A stretch of DNA of 64,000 bases from Candidatus Sericytochromatia bacterium. GTDB taxonomy: Bacteria > Cyanobacteriota > Sericytochromatia > UBA7694. Made by a program: the position numbers and the translations under genes. Below the pieces are notes generated by a model. The model saw only the letters and a list, made by a program, of their open reading frames with translations, ran no database searches and was not told the DNA's origin. The DNA lies in NCBI GenBank assembly GCA_037968875.1, contig JBBKWI010000108.1, positions 2,305 to 66,304 of the forward strand, in the 5' to 3' direction. Positions 1 through 9,186 of the stretch are shown here, in pieces. How positions within the stretch are numbered: position 1 is the stretch's first letter; each line of letters begins with the position of its first letter.

Positions 1-61
1 CACCGGCAACCAGAATAAATTTCATAGCGCTTGTTTAACTTTCTACTAGCTGTTGTTGATT

Positions 62-3000
62 TTAGCGCCGATTGCTCGGCAGCAAATATTGCCAGACGGC
101 ATGGTGGTGCATCGTGACCTCGACCATTTGGCGACTGCCCGAATGCACGATCAGGGTATTGCCATTTTCCAGGCGATGGGCCGCCGTGGGATTGGTGATT
201 TTTTTATTGCCATCATTGACATTGCCCCCGTATTGCCAGGTCACGCCCCCGGCCGGGTCTACCTCAATGACCCGGTGGTTGCGGGTATCTACGATCAGGG
301 TATTGCTATTGATCAGACGGTGCGCCCGCTCCGGGTACATCAGTTGATAAGGGCCATTGCCTGGATTTTTGAGGGTGCCGTATTGCCAGATAATCTCGCC
401 CTCGCGATTGACTTCGATCACATAGTGATTGCTCCAATCGGTGATCAAGATCGTATTGTCAGGGGTTTGCTCGGCGTAATAAGGGGCGTTCAACGGGTTG
501 ACGCCCGTGTCCCAGCCGCCAAACTCCCAGATCAATTGCTGATGCTGATTGACTTCTAAGATCCGACCGGAGTACTGATCGGTGATCAAAACCGTATTGT
601 TAGAGGTGGTGACTGCTGAGCGGGGGTGTCCGAGCAGGCCCGGCCGAGAGCCCATCACACCGCGTTCGCCGTATTGCCACATAATCTCTTTGGTCGGGCG
701 ATAGATCTTGAGTACCCGATGCTGATCTGTATCCGTGACCAGGACTTCGCTGTCTTCACGCTCAGAGAGCTCGACATGCTGGGGCCGTTCCAGATGCAGT
801 TCATGACGGGGTGATTCTTCGCCTAAGCGCCAGACGATTTGTTTTTCACGATTGACCAGAAAAACTTTATTGTCTTGCTTGTCAATTAAAGGGATCTCAA
901 TATCTGTTAGCTTGGCTTTGGCGGCTGTGTATTTCTTGGCCGCTTGCTTCGCCAATTGGTTGATATGTGAAGCCGAGGGTTTGCTTGAGAGTTCGATAAT
1001 CTTTTCGCTCTCGGCCACCTGTTGGCTATAGCCTTCTGATTTAGGCAAATTGGCGTATTGGTAGAGATACATCGGTCGCAGTAAGCGCGTCACTTCGATC
1101 ACGTAGAGTGGGCTGAATACAACGGTATTGCCGTTGCCCATGCGGATCATACGCACCGGGATAAACGAAAAGGCGCCGTCACTGGCTTTCTCGATGCCTG
1201 TATCAAAATGCCAGGCCACTTCACCATGCGGGTTGACCTCGAGTACGCGCCGGTTTTCGGAATCAGAGATCAGCGTATTGCCATTGGGTAGACGGAAGGC
1301 CTGAGTCGGGGCGTTGATTTGATTGCTTTCGGAGCCATAGCCTGAGCCCAGCTTATTGGCGGCATTGCCATATTGCCAGATAATTTCTTCGTCGCTATTG
1401 ACCTCGATCACCCGGTGATTGTCTGTATCGGTGATCAAAAAGTGGCCGCCTTTGAGGCATTGCATATCGCCGGGGCTATAGAGTCTGCCACGGGTATTGC
1501 CGACCGACGCGGTGATGCCATACTGCCAGACAATTTTGTTTTGGGGGTTGATCTCGATAATGCGGTGATTGCCCTGATCGACAATGATCGTATTGCCATT
1601 AAGCTTGCGCATGGCCTTGACGGGTCGGTGCAGACGAATTTCAGAAGACTTATCTGCCGGCGGAAACTGCCAACGGACCTGACCCGATTTGGAGACTTCG
1701 TAGACGACGTCCTGGCCAGCGTCTGCGAAGAGCGTATTGCCATTGGGCAGGCGAATCGGGTTCTGGGGCTCGAGTAATTCCAGTGGGCCGATGCCATCTT
1801 CGCCACCGATTTGCCAGTGGATCACCCCTTTATTGGTGAATTCAATGATGCGACGTTTATCGACATCATTCACTAAGAAGGTATCGGCAGGCAGATCATC
1901 GCTGCGCAAGACCTCGTCATCAGACTCAAACGAGATTTGGCTGCCTTTGCTGGGTTGAGCCGGCTGAACAGGTTGATCAAGCTCTTTGACCTGTTGCGCC
2001 AATTGCTGGACCTGGGTTTTAGGAGTGGCTTCGATCACTTCAGGTTTGCTGGGGGAGATCGTATTGACCAGTGACATAAATGTCTCTTTGGTGATCACTG
2101 TTTCAAGGGAAAACTGATTAAATAAATCCGGTACCCGCACAATCGTGTATTCAAAATTCATGAGTTCTTTGCGGGCCCGCTCGACCAATGGCTGCAATTT
2201 TTCGATCACGTTTACATCGCCAGAGACATCGATGCCCCAGATTTTTTTGAATTCGTTCAGGCAGTATTCCATCAATTGCTGATTGACTTGTTCAATCGAG
2301 ACTTGCTCCCAATCGATTTCAGGATAGCTTTTTTCGGCCTGTTCAGTTTCGTCTTCATCGTCGTCACTGACCAGTATCGGTGGCAAAGCTGTACTCTGTG
2401 GCGCAGAAATGGCTGGCGGCGTTGCCGGTGTTGCAGGTTGTTTGGCTGCCACCACCTCAGGTTCTGGTTGTTGCACCACCGTCTCGGAGGCTGAGCCTGT
2501 CGAAGCTTCAGGGTATGCGGGCCCAGGGTAGCGTTGCAGATTTTCGACCACGCCTTCAGGGGCAGTGCCCTCGAATTCAGCCCGCTGATCCGGGTTCATA
2601 TGCGAGACAATATTTTTCATGCGGGTCATGATCGTGGTGTAAAACTCACGCATGAAACGCTCAAATTCTTCTTTGCCAAACTCCAAAAAGAAGAGCGGGA
2701 TATCCGGGAAGAGCTTGCTAGCAATGGCTTCGATCTCCGGGCGACTGGGGTTGACAGCCGCGATTCTGAAGATACCGTTGAGATGATTGATTGGCACAAA
2801 TTCAAATTGCCGCAGCAGACTTTCGCGAAACTGAATCAAAATGCTGGGGTCAATTTGATGGGCGTTGAGCACCGGGTAATCTTCTTCGGGATTGCCGCGC
2901 TGCTGTTCGACAGCATCAATCTGGCGAGATTCTTGATTTCCGATCGCAAAAGCCGGGTCATCGGAGCCGGGGTGAGCATCAAAATCTGCCAGAGACAGAC

Positions 3001-4270
3001 TGGGGGCTGTTGATGCGTTGCCGCTGTAGTTATTTAAGGTTTCGTGCAGAGTCCACTCGGCTTCTTCGACATCCTGGAAGCTGATAAAGTCCATTTCTAG
3101 CAGCACATCCAGAATCGACATGTCCACCTTAAAATAGCCTTCGGGCTTGCTGATCGCAAAGGTGATATGACTGGGTTTACTATCGTCGTTGAGCAAAGCA
3201 TAACGATCGATCAATTGATACGACTGCAAATCGACGATATTGATCCAGGGCGTAAACATGGCCGGGGCATCGACATAGGTCATAAAGATCAAAAACTGGT
3301 CCTGGGGATTGACGGCCATCAAATCTGTCGGGTCATCCAGAGTTGAAAAGAGATTGCCGTGCAGGGCCACACTGCTGCGCAAAAGCAAATTCTTGGTGTC
3401 TAGCACGACGATATCCACGGTTTCATCGGGCTTGGTACTTTGCAGATAGAGCCACTGGCCATCATGGGAGAGTTTGATGCTGCCCAAAATACCGTAAGGC
3501 AACGGCTGACGTTTGATCTTGAGGTTACGCAAGCTGACGATCAAGAGCGCTGGGGTGCTATTGTCGGTGATATACAGACGTTGGCCATCGGGGCTGACAG
3601 CCAGATTGAGTGTCTTACGGGAGCCTGTCGGGCGCACCACCACTGAGCCGGTCAGCTTCATTTCTATAGCATCAACAATAAAAATCGTGCCCCGGCCGCG
3701 ATCGGCCAAAAACAAATATTTGTGATCAGGGGAGACAATCAGATCGACCGGCAGGCATTTGAGACTATTCATGGGGATCAGGGGATAAGTGAAGGTGTTG
3801 CCCAGGGCCAGATAGGGGTGCTCATCGAGTTCACCGAAATAATAATGGGTGTGGTCATCAGAAACCGTCAGGCCGCCCTCATTGTCACCGTCCCAGACGA
3901 TTTCACCGATCTCACGGGCATTGGCAGCGTGAAACAAAAACACCGAGCCGCTGCCGGTGGGCAGCCAATCTGTCGAGAGATAACGGGGTTGGTATTTGCG
4001 GGTGGTGGGCAAGGCCAGACTGCGCAGGGTCTTGCCGCTCCAGGGATCCACTTCGCGCAATTGGTAGCTTTTTTGATCCATCACATAGGCCACGGCTTTG
4101 CCCTGGCTCTGTTGGCCTATTTTATAGGAGCGCAAACGGGAAAGAGCTGTAGACAATTGCTCAGGCGAAATTTTCCCTTGTTCTAGCAAATATTCCTGTA
4201 TCAGTTGTTCCTGAAACTCGGGATTGGAGCCCGATCCACCTGCACTATTGCTCATCTGCATTCCCATCAT
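62..4270 (-). CDS. Large multi-beta-propeller protein (YVTN-type propeller plus two NHL/PQQ-like propellers) with MshEN-like, T2SSE_N-like and Hsp70 IIB-like modules
   Basis: ORF 62..4348; real start is likely among the Mets at 4270-4255 (MMGMQMSN). Blades such as LIVSPDHKYLFLAD and LAVSPDGQRLYITD; many C-terminal repeats of type P..A.RL.NGNTLI.D..N.RV.EV...G...WQY. No signal peptide seen. Confidence 0.8.
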   Translation of the reverse strand: MMGMQMSNSAGGSGSNPEFQEQLIQEYLLEQGKISPEQLSTALSRLRSYKIGQQSQGKAVAYVMDQKSYQLREVDPWSGKTLRSLALPTTRKYQPRYLSTDWLPTGSGSVFLFHAANAREIGEIVWDGDNEGGLTVSDDHTHYYFGELDEHPYLALGNTFTYPLIPMNSLKCLPVDLIVSPDHKYLFLADRGRGTIFIVDAIEMKLTGSVVVRPTGSRKTLNLAVSPDGQRLYITDNSTPALLIVSLRNLKIKRQPLPYGILGSIKLSHDGQWLYLQSTKPDETVDIVVLDTKNLLLRSSVALHGNLFSTLDDPTDLMAVNPQDQFLIFMTYVDAPAMFTPWINIVDLQSYQLIDRYALLNDDSKPSHITFAISKPEGYFKVDMSILDVLLEMDFISFQDVEEAEWTLHETLNNYSGNASTAPSLSLADFDAHPGSDDPAFAIGNQESRQIDAVEQQRGNPEEDYPVLNAHQIDPSILIQFRESLLRQFEFVPINHLNGIFRIAAVNPSRPEIEAIASKLFPDIPLFFLEFGKEEFERFMREFYTTIMTRMKNIVSHMNPDQRAEFEGTAPEGVVENLQRYPGPAYPEASTGSASETVVQQPEPEVVAAKQPATPATPPAISAPQSTALPPILVSDDDEDETEQAEKSYPEIDWEQVSIEQVNQQLMEYCLNEFKKIWGIDVSGDVNVIEKLQPLVERARKELMNFEYTIVRVPDLFNQFSLETVITKETFMSLVNTISPSKPEVIEATPKTQVQQLAQQVKELDQPVQPAQPSKGSQISFESDDEVLRSDDLPADTFLVNDVDKRRIIEFTNKGVIHWQIGGEDGIGPLELLEPQNPIRLPNGNTLFADAGQDVVYEVSKSGQVRWQFPPADKSSEIRLHRPVKAMRKLNGNTIIVDQGNHRIIEINPQNKIVWQYGITASVGNTRGRLYSPGDMQCLKGGHFLITDTDNHRVIEVNSDEEIIWQYGNAANKLGSGYGSESNQINAPTQAFRLPNGNTLISDSENRRVLEVNPHGEVAWHFDTGIEKASDGAFSFIPVRMIRMGNGNTVVFSPLYVIEVTRLLRPMYLYQYANLPKSEGYSQQVAESEKIIELSSKPSASHINQLAKQAAKKYTAAKAKLTDIEIPLIDKQDNKVFLVNREKQIVWRLGEESPRHELHLERPQHVELSEREDSEVLVTDTDQHRVLKIYRPTKEIMWQYGERGVMGSRPGLLGHPRSAVTTSNNTVLITDQYSGRILEVNQHQQLIWEFGGWDTGVNPLNAPYYAEQTPDNTILITDWSNHYVIEVNREGEIIWQYGTLKNPGNGPYQLMYPERAHRLINSNTLIVDTRNHRVIEVDPAGGVTWQYGGNVNDGNKKITNPTAAHRLENGNTLIVHSGSRQMVEVTMHHHAVWQYLLPSNRR

Positions 4271-4351
4271 CAATGATTGTGATCTTAATTCTAACGTAAA
4301 GCGCCTTCTTCTGTGGTGAAATCGCGTAAAACAGTCGCTTGATCTCAATGC

Positions 4352-5353
4352 CTATTTTGGCTGCTGCTTGTTCCAGGCCAAAAAGTCGGCTTTGATCTCA
4401 GCGGCGCTGTGTTGATCCAGATAGCCTTCAAAATCGCTGCTGGTATCTAGCTTAAATTGTTTGATTGACTGGCCCAGGGCTTTGCTGGTCAAGCCGTTCC
4501 ACTGAGAGACCAGCTTGCCATTAAATTTTATTTTGCGGGCTTCATGTGCCGCATCAGCATCAGCGTAGTCTTTGAGCTGCCCCAGCAGATCGGCCGCCGG
4601 GAAGGCGTTGTGTATTTTGATCAAATAAGGGGATTTGTCAGCGTAATATTGGTAGGCCTTGTCGGCCAGACGTTGGCTTTGTTCGGGGGCTTGCAACCAC
4701 TCCAAAAAGCAGGTATACGTTTGGCGCTTGCGATTGCGGGTCCGATTGATGCTATTGAGGTTTTCATAAGCATAGATCTGCGGGTTAAAATAACGGCTGT
4801 GGGTCACAAAGTCAAAGATTTCTTCAAGGCTGTCAAAGCCTGACTGCCAGCGGGCATAATCATAATCCAAAAAGGCGTAAATTTCGGCCGGATTTGTCGA
4901 GAGCTGGATTTTTTGGGCCCGGTGGCCGGATTCGGTGCGGATTTGGTAGCTTAGACCATCCCAGCCAAATTTGAGGCCGAGTTTATGGGCGATGCGACCG
5001 ATTAAATTATTGAGATCGTTATAGCCAAAGTAAAACTGCGCACTTTCAAAGAATTGTGGATCGACATAGATCAGATCGACCTGAAAGTCCTGATAACGAA
5101 AACTGGTGATATCTTTGTTATAGACCACATCATCAGCACCCAATTGGGCCAAGAAAACCTCAAAGTCAGCCCGTTCCGGCTGAGGTTTGCAAACCAGAAC
5201 GTCCAGATCGCCAAAGTCAGGCTTCTGGCGATAATAGGTCAGGGCTGCCAGGCGAGGGTAGATCGTCTGTAATTCTGCTAAGACATGCGCTTCAAAGGGC
5301 TTGTACTCAGAGGCACTCAGGCGTTTTAAGTTTTCAAAGGCGTTACCGCCCAT
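4352..5353 (-). CDS. PolX/Pol-beta-superfamily nucleotidyltransferase (catalytic core only)
   Basis: YRQKPDFGDLDVLV (GDxD), third Asp in FQVDLI, thumb-like YFGYNDLNNLIGRIAHKLGLKFGWDGL; GGAG SD-like sequence upstream. Confidence 0.7.
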   Translation of the reverse strand: MGGNAFENLKRLSASEYKPFEAHVLAELQTIYPRLAALTYYRQKPDFGDLDVLVCKPQPERADFEVFLAQLGADDVVYNKDITSFRYQDFQVDLIYVDPQFFESAQFYFGYNDLNNLIGRIAHKLGLKFGWDGLSYQIRTESGHRAQKIQLSTNPAEIYAFLDYDYARWQSGFDSLEEIFDFVTHSRYFNPQIYAYENLNSINRTRNRKRQTYTCFLEWLQAPEQSQRLADKAYQYYADKSPYLIKIHNAFPAADLLGQLKDYADADAAHEARKIKFNGKLVSQWNGLTSKALGQSIKQFKLDTSSDFEGYLDQHSAAEIKADFLAWNKQQPK

Positions 5354-5441
5354 AGCAGTAGTCTCCTGGCACTAGATTGGGGCTCTGGTTTGGGCCCAGC
5401 CCTAACGTTAACATTTTTGAGTCCAGTCGGGTGGCTTTTGC

Positions 5442-6425
5442 TTAGCCTACCTGACGCTCGTTTTTAAGGACTTCGTAATGGTACTCTGTTTCACCTTTGA
5501 GATTCACGAACTCAAAATAAAGGCGGCTGGGTGAGACTTCAAACCAGCTAAAACCAAAGCTATTGTCGGCAAAGAGTGTATTGGGGCCCCGACCGACTTT
5601 GCGCTGGCCCGCGCCGCTACCGGCGATCACCTGATGCATGCCACAGAGCGGCTTAATATGCTGCTTATCGTGCTCATGGCCTGCCAGGTAAAACTGGACG
5701 GTGCCACAGAGGCCATCGATCATTTGCTTAAGGGCTGGGGACTGACTGTTTTTATAGACGGAATTGGTTTGGCGAGGGTGGTGACCAAAGGCAATGGCCC
5801 ACGGGCTCGGGTGGTTTTTTAGATATTGCTGATGGGCTTTTAATTGCACAGTATTGGGCTGGTTGGTGTCGAGGGCGACAAAGGCCACCGGACCGGCCTG
5901 GAACTGGTAGTAGCGGGCGGGCAGATACCATTTTTTGCTGTGCTGGGTATAGTTGATCTGAGCGTCGATACTGCCACGGATATCGTGGTTGCCCAGCACC
6001 ATATGAAAACGGAAGGGCAAATTAGCAAAGGGGGTTTCAAACTTGGTTTGAAACTGGGGGTCACTAACACTGCGCACACCGTCGTTATAGATATTGTCCC
6101 CCAGGGTGACAGCGAAATCACAGCCTTTGGCAGCGCATTTTTTTTGGATCGCCTGGGCCACCTGGTACTGGATCTTGGCGCCGGTGCCAAAATCGCCAAA
6201 GGCCACAAAGCGGATTACGTTTTCAGCCGCTGCGATGCTTAGCTCCTGAGAGCTGCTGATCGTTTTCGCCGGGGTTTCAGGGGCATCATTATCATCGGTG
6301 ATGGCTTGTTGACCTGGAGCACAGGCGCTGAGTAGCAGGCAAAGCCAGAGACTGAGTGTGCTTAATCCCTTTCTCGTATTGGGGCTGGCGACTGGCAATA
6401 AATGGCTGGGCATATTACACTCCAT
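5442..6425 (-). CDS. Purple acid phosphatase-like metallophosphoesterase, lipoprotein
   Basis: GDFG, GDNIY, GNHD, GHH and GHEH motifs; lipobox LLSAC. Start may be 6413. Confidence 0.88.
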   Translation of the reverse strand: MECNMPSHLLPVASPNTRKGLSTLSLWLCLLLSACAPGQQAITDDNDAPETPAKTISSSQELSIAAAENVIRFVAFGDFGTGAKIQYQVAQAIQKKCAAKGCDFAVTLGDNIYNDGVRSVSDPQFQTKFETPFANLPFRFHMVLGNHDIRGSIDAQINYTQHSKKWYLPARYYQFQAGPVAFVALDTNQPNTVQLKAHQQYLKNHPSPWAIAFGHHPRQTNSVYKNSQSPALKQMIDGLCGTVQFYLAGHEHDKQHIKPLCGMHQVIAGSGAGQRKVGRGPNTLFADNSFGFSWFEVSPSRLYFEFVNLKGETEYHYEVLKNERQVG

Positions 6426-6551
6426 TGTTTCGATCCGGCGATCTCTTCTTGGTTGGCTTCATTTGTATTAAAGCGGTTTTGAGTGCCCAAAGGCAAGCAG
6501 ATCGACGCCAGGCGCTATACTGAGAGAAAAGCAGTAACGAAGTGAGTATTT

Positions 6552-8450
6552 ATGGCTTTTGAAGCTTTGCCTCTCAATATTTTATTGGGCCCTTTAAGCC
6601 CCAGTCTGGTGACCGCAGAGCAGTCTATTTGCAATCCCTTGAGCTCCTTGCATTGTCTCGGGGATTATTTTGGCCACCCCCAGATCCAAACTTTTTTTAT
6701 TGGCAGCGAAGCACTGAGCCACTTGTACCCGGCAGGGCAGACGATTCAATCGATCGTGCCTGCTGAGCGTCTGGAGCTGCCACTGCAACCGAGCTACTTA
6801 TTGCAGCCTTTACTCGACAAAATTCAGCCTGAGTTTCAGCCAGATCTGATCCTGTGGTGGGGCTTGCAATATGGTTTTCCTGATGATTTTCAGCAGGTCA
6901 ACTTGCCCAAAATCTTGATTGTTTCGGACTGGAACCCTCATCACGCCCTGCTCTCAGAATTATTTGGGGTCTTCGACTATCTGCTCTGTGATCAAAAGCT
7001 CATTCAGATTTTTGCTGCTCAGGGTCGCCAGAATTGCGCCTACTGGCCAGCGTATGCCTTTGATGCCAGTAGGGTTCCCGCTGAGACCGGTGCTGAACGC
7101 GAAATCGATCTGATCTTTGTTGGTAATCACAACCCCCACAAATACCAGCAGCGCAACCATTATTTGTCACGAATGGCGAGCTTACCTTACCGCACCCTGA
7201 TCCGCTCGGATCTCAAACACGCGGAATATGTTTGGCTTTTGCAACGCAGCAAGATCGCCTTTAATTTTGCCCTGCGTCAAGAAATGAATATGCGCGCTTA
7301 TGAGGCAGCTGCCTGTGGGGCCTTATTATTGATTGAGGCCGAGAACCTTGAAATCCAGCATTATTTGACCCCTGGCCAGGACTGTGTACTCTATACTCCC
7401 GAGAATTTTGAGCAAGTGATCGCCTATTACCTCAGTCATGAAGACCAGCGCCTGGCGATTACCCGGCGGGCCAGGCAGCGGATCGAGACACAGACCTATA
7501 CGCAGCAATTTGCGACACTCTTGCAGCGACTGCCTACAATCCTAAAAGAGATTCAGGCCCAGCCCAAAACCCTGCCCTTGAAACCTGATGTTGAGCTGTC
7601 TCGGCTGGCCCTGAGTGAGCAATTGCAACGGGCAGTTCTGGCTCTGAGCCTGGATATTCCCTTACTGAGAATTAATGCGGCGCTGCGTCTGGAAAAGTGC
7701 TTGTCACAGGTCCAGTCTGCTGAGCAACGCCTCTTGCTCTTGAATGCCCTGCTGGTCTGCCACACAGATCTGCTATTGTCGCCTCCCGAGGGTGTTTTGC
7801 CAGGCTTCGATTGGTCTCTGTCTGCACTCAGGCACGCGCTCGTTCTTTTGTCTGAATCAGAAGGCTGGCAGCCGATTGTGGTCTATAATCTGGCCTGGAG
7901 TGCTTATCTAATCCAGCAGCCCTTGGCCCAGTGGCTAGAGCGTTGGCAGCAGTTTGATTGGAATCAAGAAGCAGCGGCTCCAGCTGATCTGGCGATCTTT
8001 GTGCTGCCTTTGCGTTTTATGGGCTTTTATCAGTATTATCAGGCGGCGCTGATTTCTACTCAGCAGACGGCCCTGACCCGCTATTTGCAAATGGGTATGC
8101 TGTACTTAGCCGGACACGCAGCCGAAGTGACGACCGGTGAAGTCGCTGCCCTGGCTTGCTTTCAGGCGGCCAATGAGATCCTGCCAGTGGCAGAAATCGC
8201 TTTTGAACAAAGCCGCTTATACTTGCAAAGGGGTCAAAAAAAAGCGGCTTTTGTGGCTTTAACGACGGGTCTCAATGGCGGTGTCTTTTATTCGAGGGCC
8301 TGGTGGGCTTTGTTACAGCTAGGGGCAGAACTCTTGCCTCCAGCTGCCCTGCAAGACTTGATTCGGCAGGCGTTGACTTTGTTTCAAGATCAAAAATATG
8401 CCCCTTTTCGCAGTCGGATCCAGCAGCAATTTGGTTCAATCCAGCCCTGA
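6552..8450 (+). CDS. CgeB/Glyco_trans_1_2-type glycosyltransferase with helical (TPR-like) C-terminal half
   Basis: SKIAFNF...NMRAYEAAACGALLL motif; DLIFVG...R; Leu/Ala-rich helical C-terminus. Confidence 0.8.
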   Translation: MAFEALPLNILLGPLSPSLVTAEQSICNPLSSLHCLGDYFGHPQIQTFFIGSEALSHLYPAGQTIQSIVPAERLELPLQPSYLLQPLLDKIQPEFQPDLILWWGLQYGFPDDFQQVNLPKILIVSDWNPHHALLSELFGVFDYLLCDQKLIQIFAAQGRQNCAYWPAYAFDASRVPAETGAEREIDLIFVGNHNPHKYQQRNHYLSRMASLPYRTLIRSDLKHAEYVWLLQRSKIAFNFALRQEMNMRAYEAAACGALLLIEAENLEIQHYLTPGQDCVLYTPENFEQVIAYYLSHEDQRLAITRRARQRIETQTYTQQFATLLQRLPTILKEIQAQPKTLPLKPDVELSRLALSEQLQRAVLALSLDIPLLRINAALRLEKCLSQVQSAEQRLLLLNALLVCHTDLLLSPPEGVLPGFDWSLSALRHALVLLSESEGWQPIVVYNLAWSAYLIQQPLAQWLERWQQFDWNQEAAAPADLAIFVLPLRFMGFYQYYQAALISTQQTALTRYLQMGMLYLAGHAAEVTTGEVAALACFQAANEILPVAEIAFEQSRLYLQRGQKKAAFVALTTGLNGGVFYSRAWWALLQLGAELLPPAALQDLIRQALTLFQDQKYAPFRSRIQQQFGSIQP

Positions 8451-9119
8451 ATCAGGCGGCTTCGCCTGAGGGGAGCGGGTCGGGCCGTTCAGGTTTTTCC
8501 AGAAACCGTAATTGAGTATTAAAAAGCAGCTGTAAAGCCCCATTAAAGCCAGGGCTTCCGGGTGTTGTTGCGGGTGCCGGAAAATCTGAACAATATCGTA
8601 AAAAAGCGCCTGGGGCCGATTAAGCAGATCCCAGCTGTTCCAGCGCGGAATACGCCCCAGATAGATCCCTAGCCCTGTCAGGCACCAGACCCCGATACTT
8701 GTGAGTTTTACAGCCCAGACTGGCCAGCGCCGAGCTAAAAACTGTTCTACAATCCAGAGCGATAAGAAGCCACAATAGAGGCCGCTAAAGGCTGCTGAGA
8801 CTAGCATCAGTGGGTCATACCAGCGTGGCATCGGTGACGGCAAATAGATATGCATCAGATCCGAGACCAGATAAGGCGCATTCGGGAAAAACAAGAGCCA
8901 GAGTGCCAATAGGGGCCAGGCCAGATAACGCCAGTATCTGCTTTCAGGTTTCAAAAGCAAAGGCAGACTCAAGCCCAGCGGAATCAATGCCAAAAAAAGG
9001 TTCCAGTACAAAAATGCATAGTGAATGGTCTGAGTATGGTGCTGGCGGTAAGCAGCCAGAGCACAAGCCAGGAGCAATAAGCCAATTAGATAGAGCAGTG
9101 ATTTCAGTAAGGGGGGCAT
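8436..9119 (-). CDS. DUF1361 family membrane protein
   Basis: WNLFLALIP, WLLFFPNAPYLVSDLMH and GIYLGRIPRWNSWDL motifs; multiple TM segments. Confidence 0.85.
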   Translation of the reverse strand: MPPLLKSLLYLIGLLLLACALAAYRQHHTQTIHYAFLYWNLFLALIPLGLSLPLLLKPESRYWRYLAWPLLALWLLFFPNAPYLVSDLMHIYLPSPMPRWYDPLMLVSAAFSGLYCGFLSLWIVEQFLARRWPVWAVKLTSIGVWCLTGLGIYLGRIPRWNSWDLLNRPQALFYDIVQIFRHPQQHPEALALMGLYSCFLILNYGFWKNLNGPTRSPQAKPPDSGLD

Positions 9120-9186
9120 AGGTCCTCTTTTAGGTTAACTGTATGATATGCCATTATCAGGTTTCGATTTTGCTGGCACTGAGGCC

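Noticed and set aside
53-1777. Plus-strand ORFs 53..559 and 1373..1777 with apparent internal repeats (IAIDLDHPVIV..GDQ)
   Set aside because: They are antisense shadows of the NHL repeats in the minus-strand propeller gene; the periodicity is inherited from that gene.
4271-4348. N-terminal extension MRSSDCFTRFHHRRRR of the giant ORF as a Tat-like or basic leader
   Set aside because: It arises from a TTG abutting the upstream stop, has no hydrophobic core, and a Met cluster at 4270-4255 is a better start.
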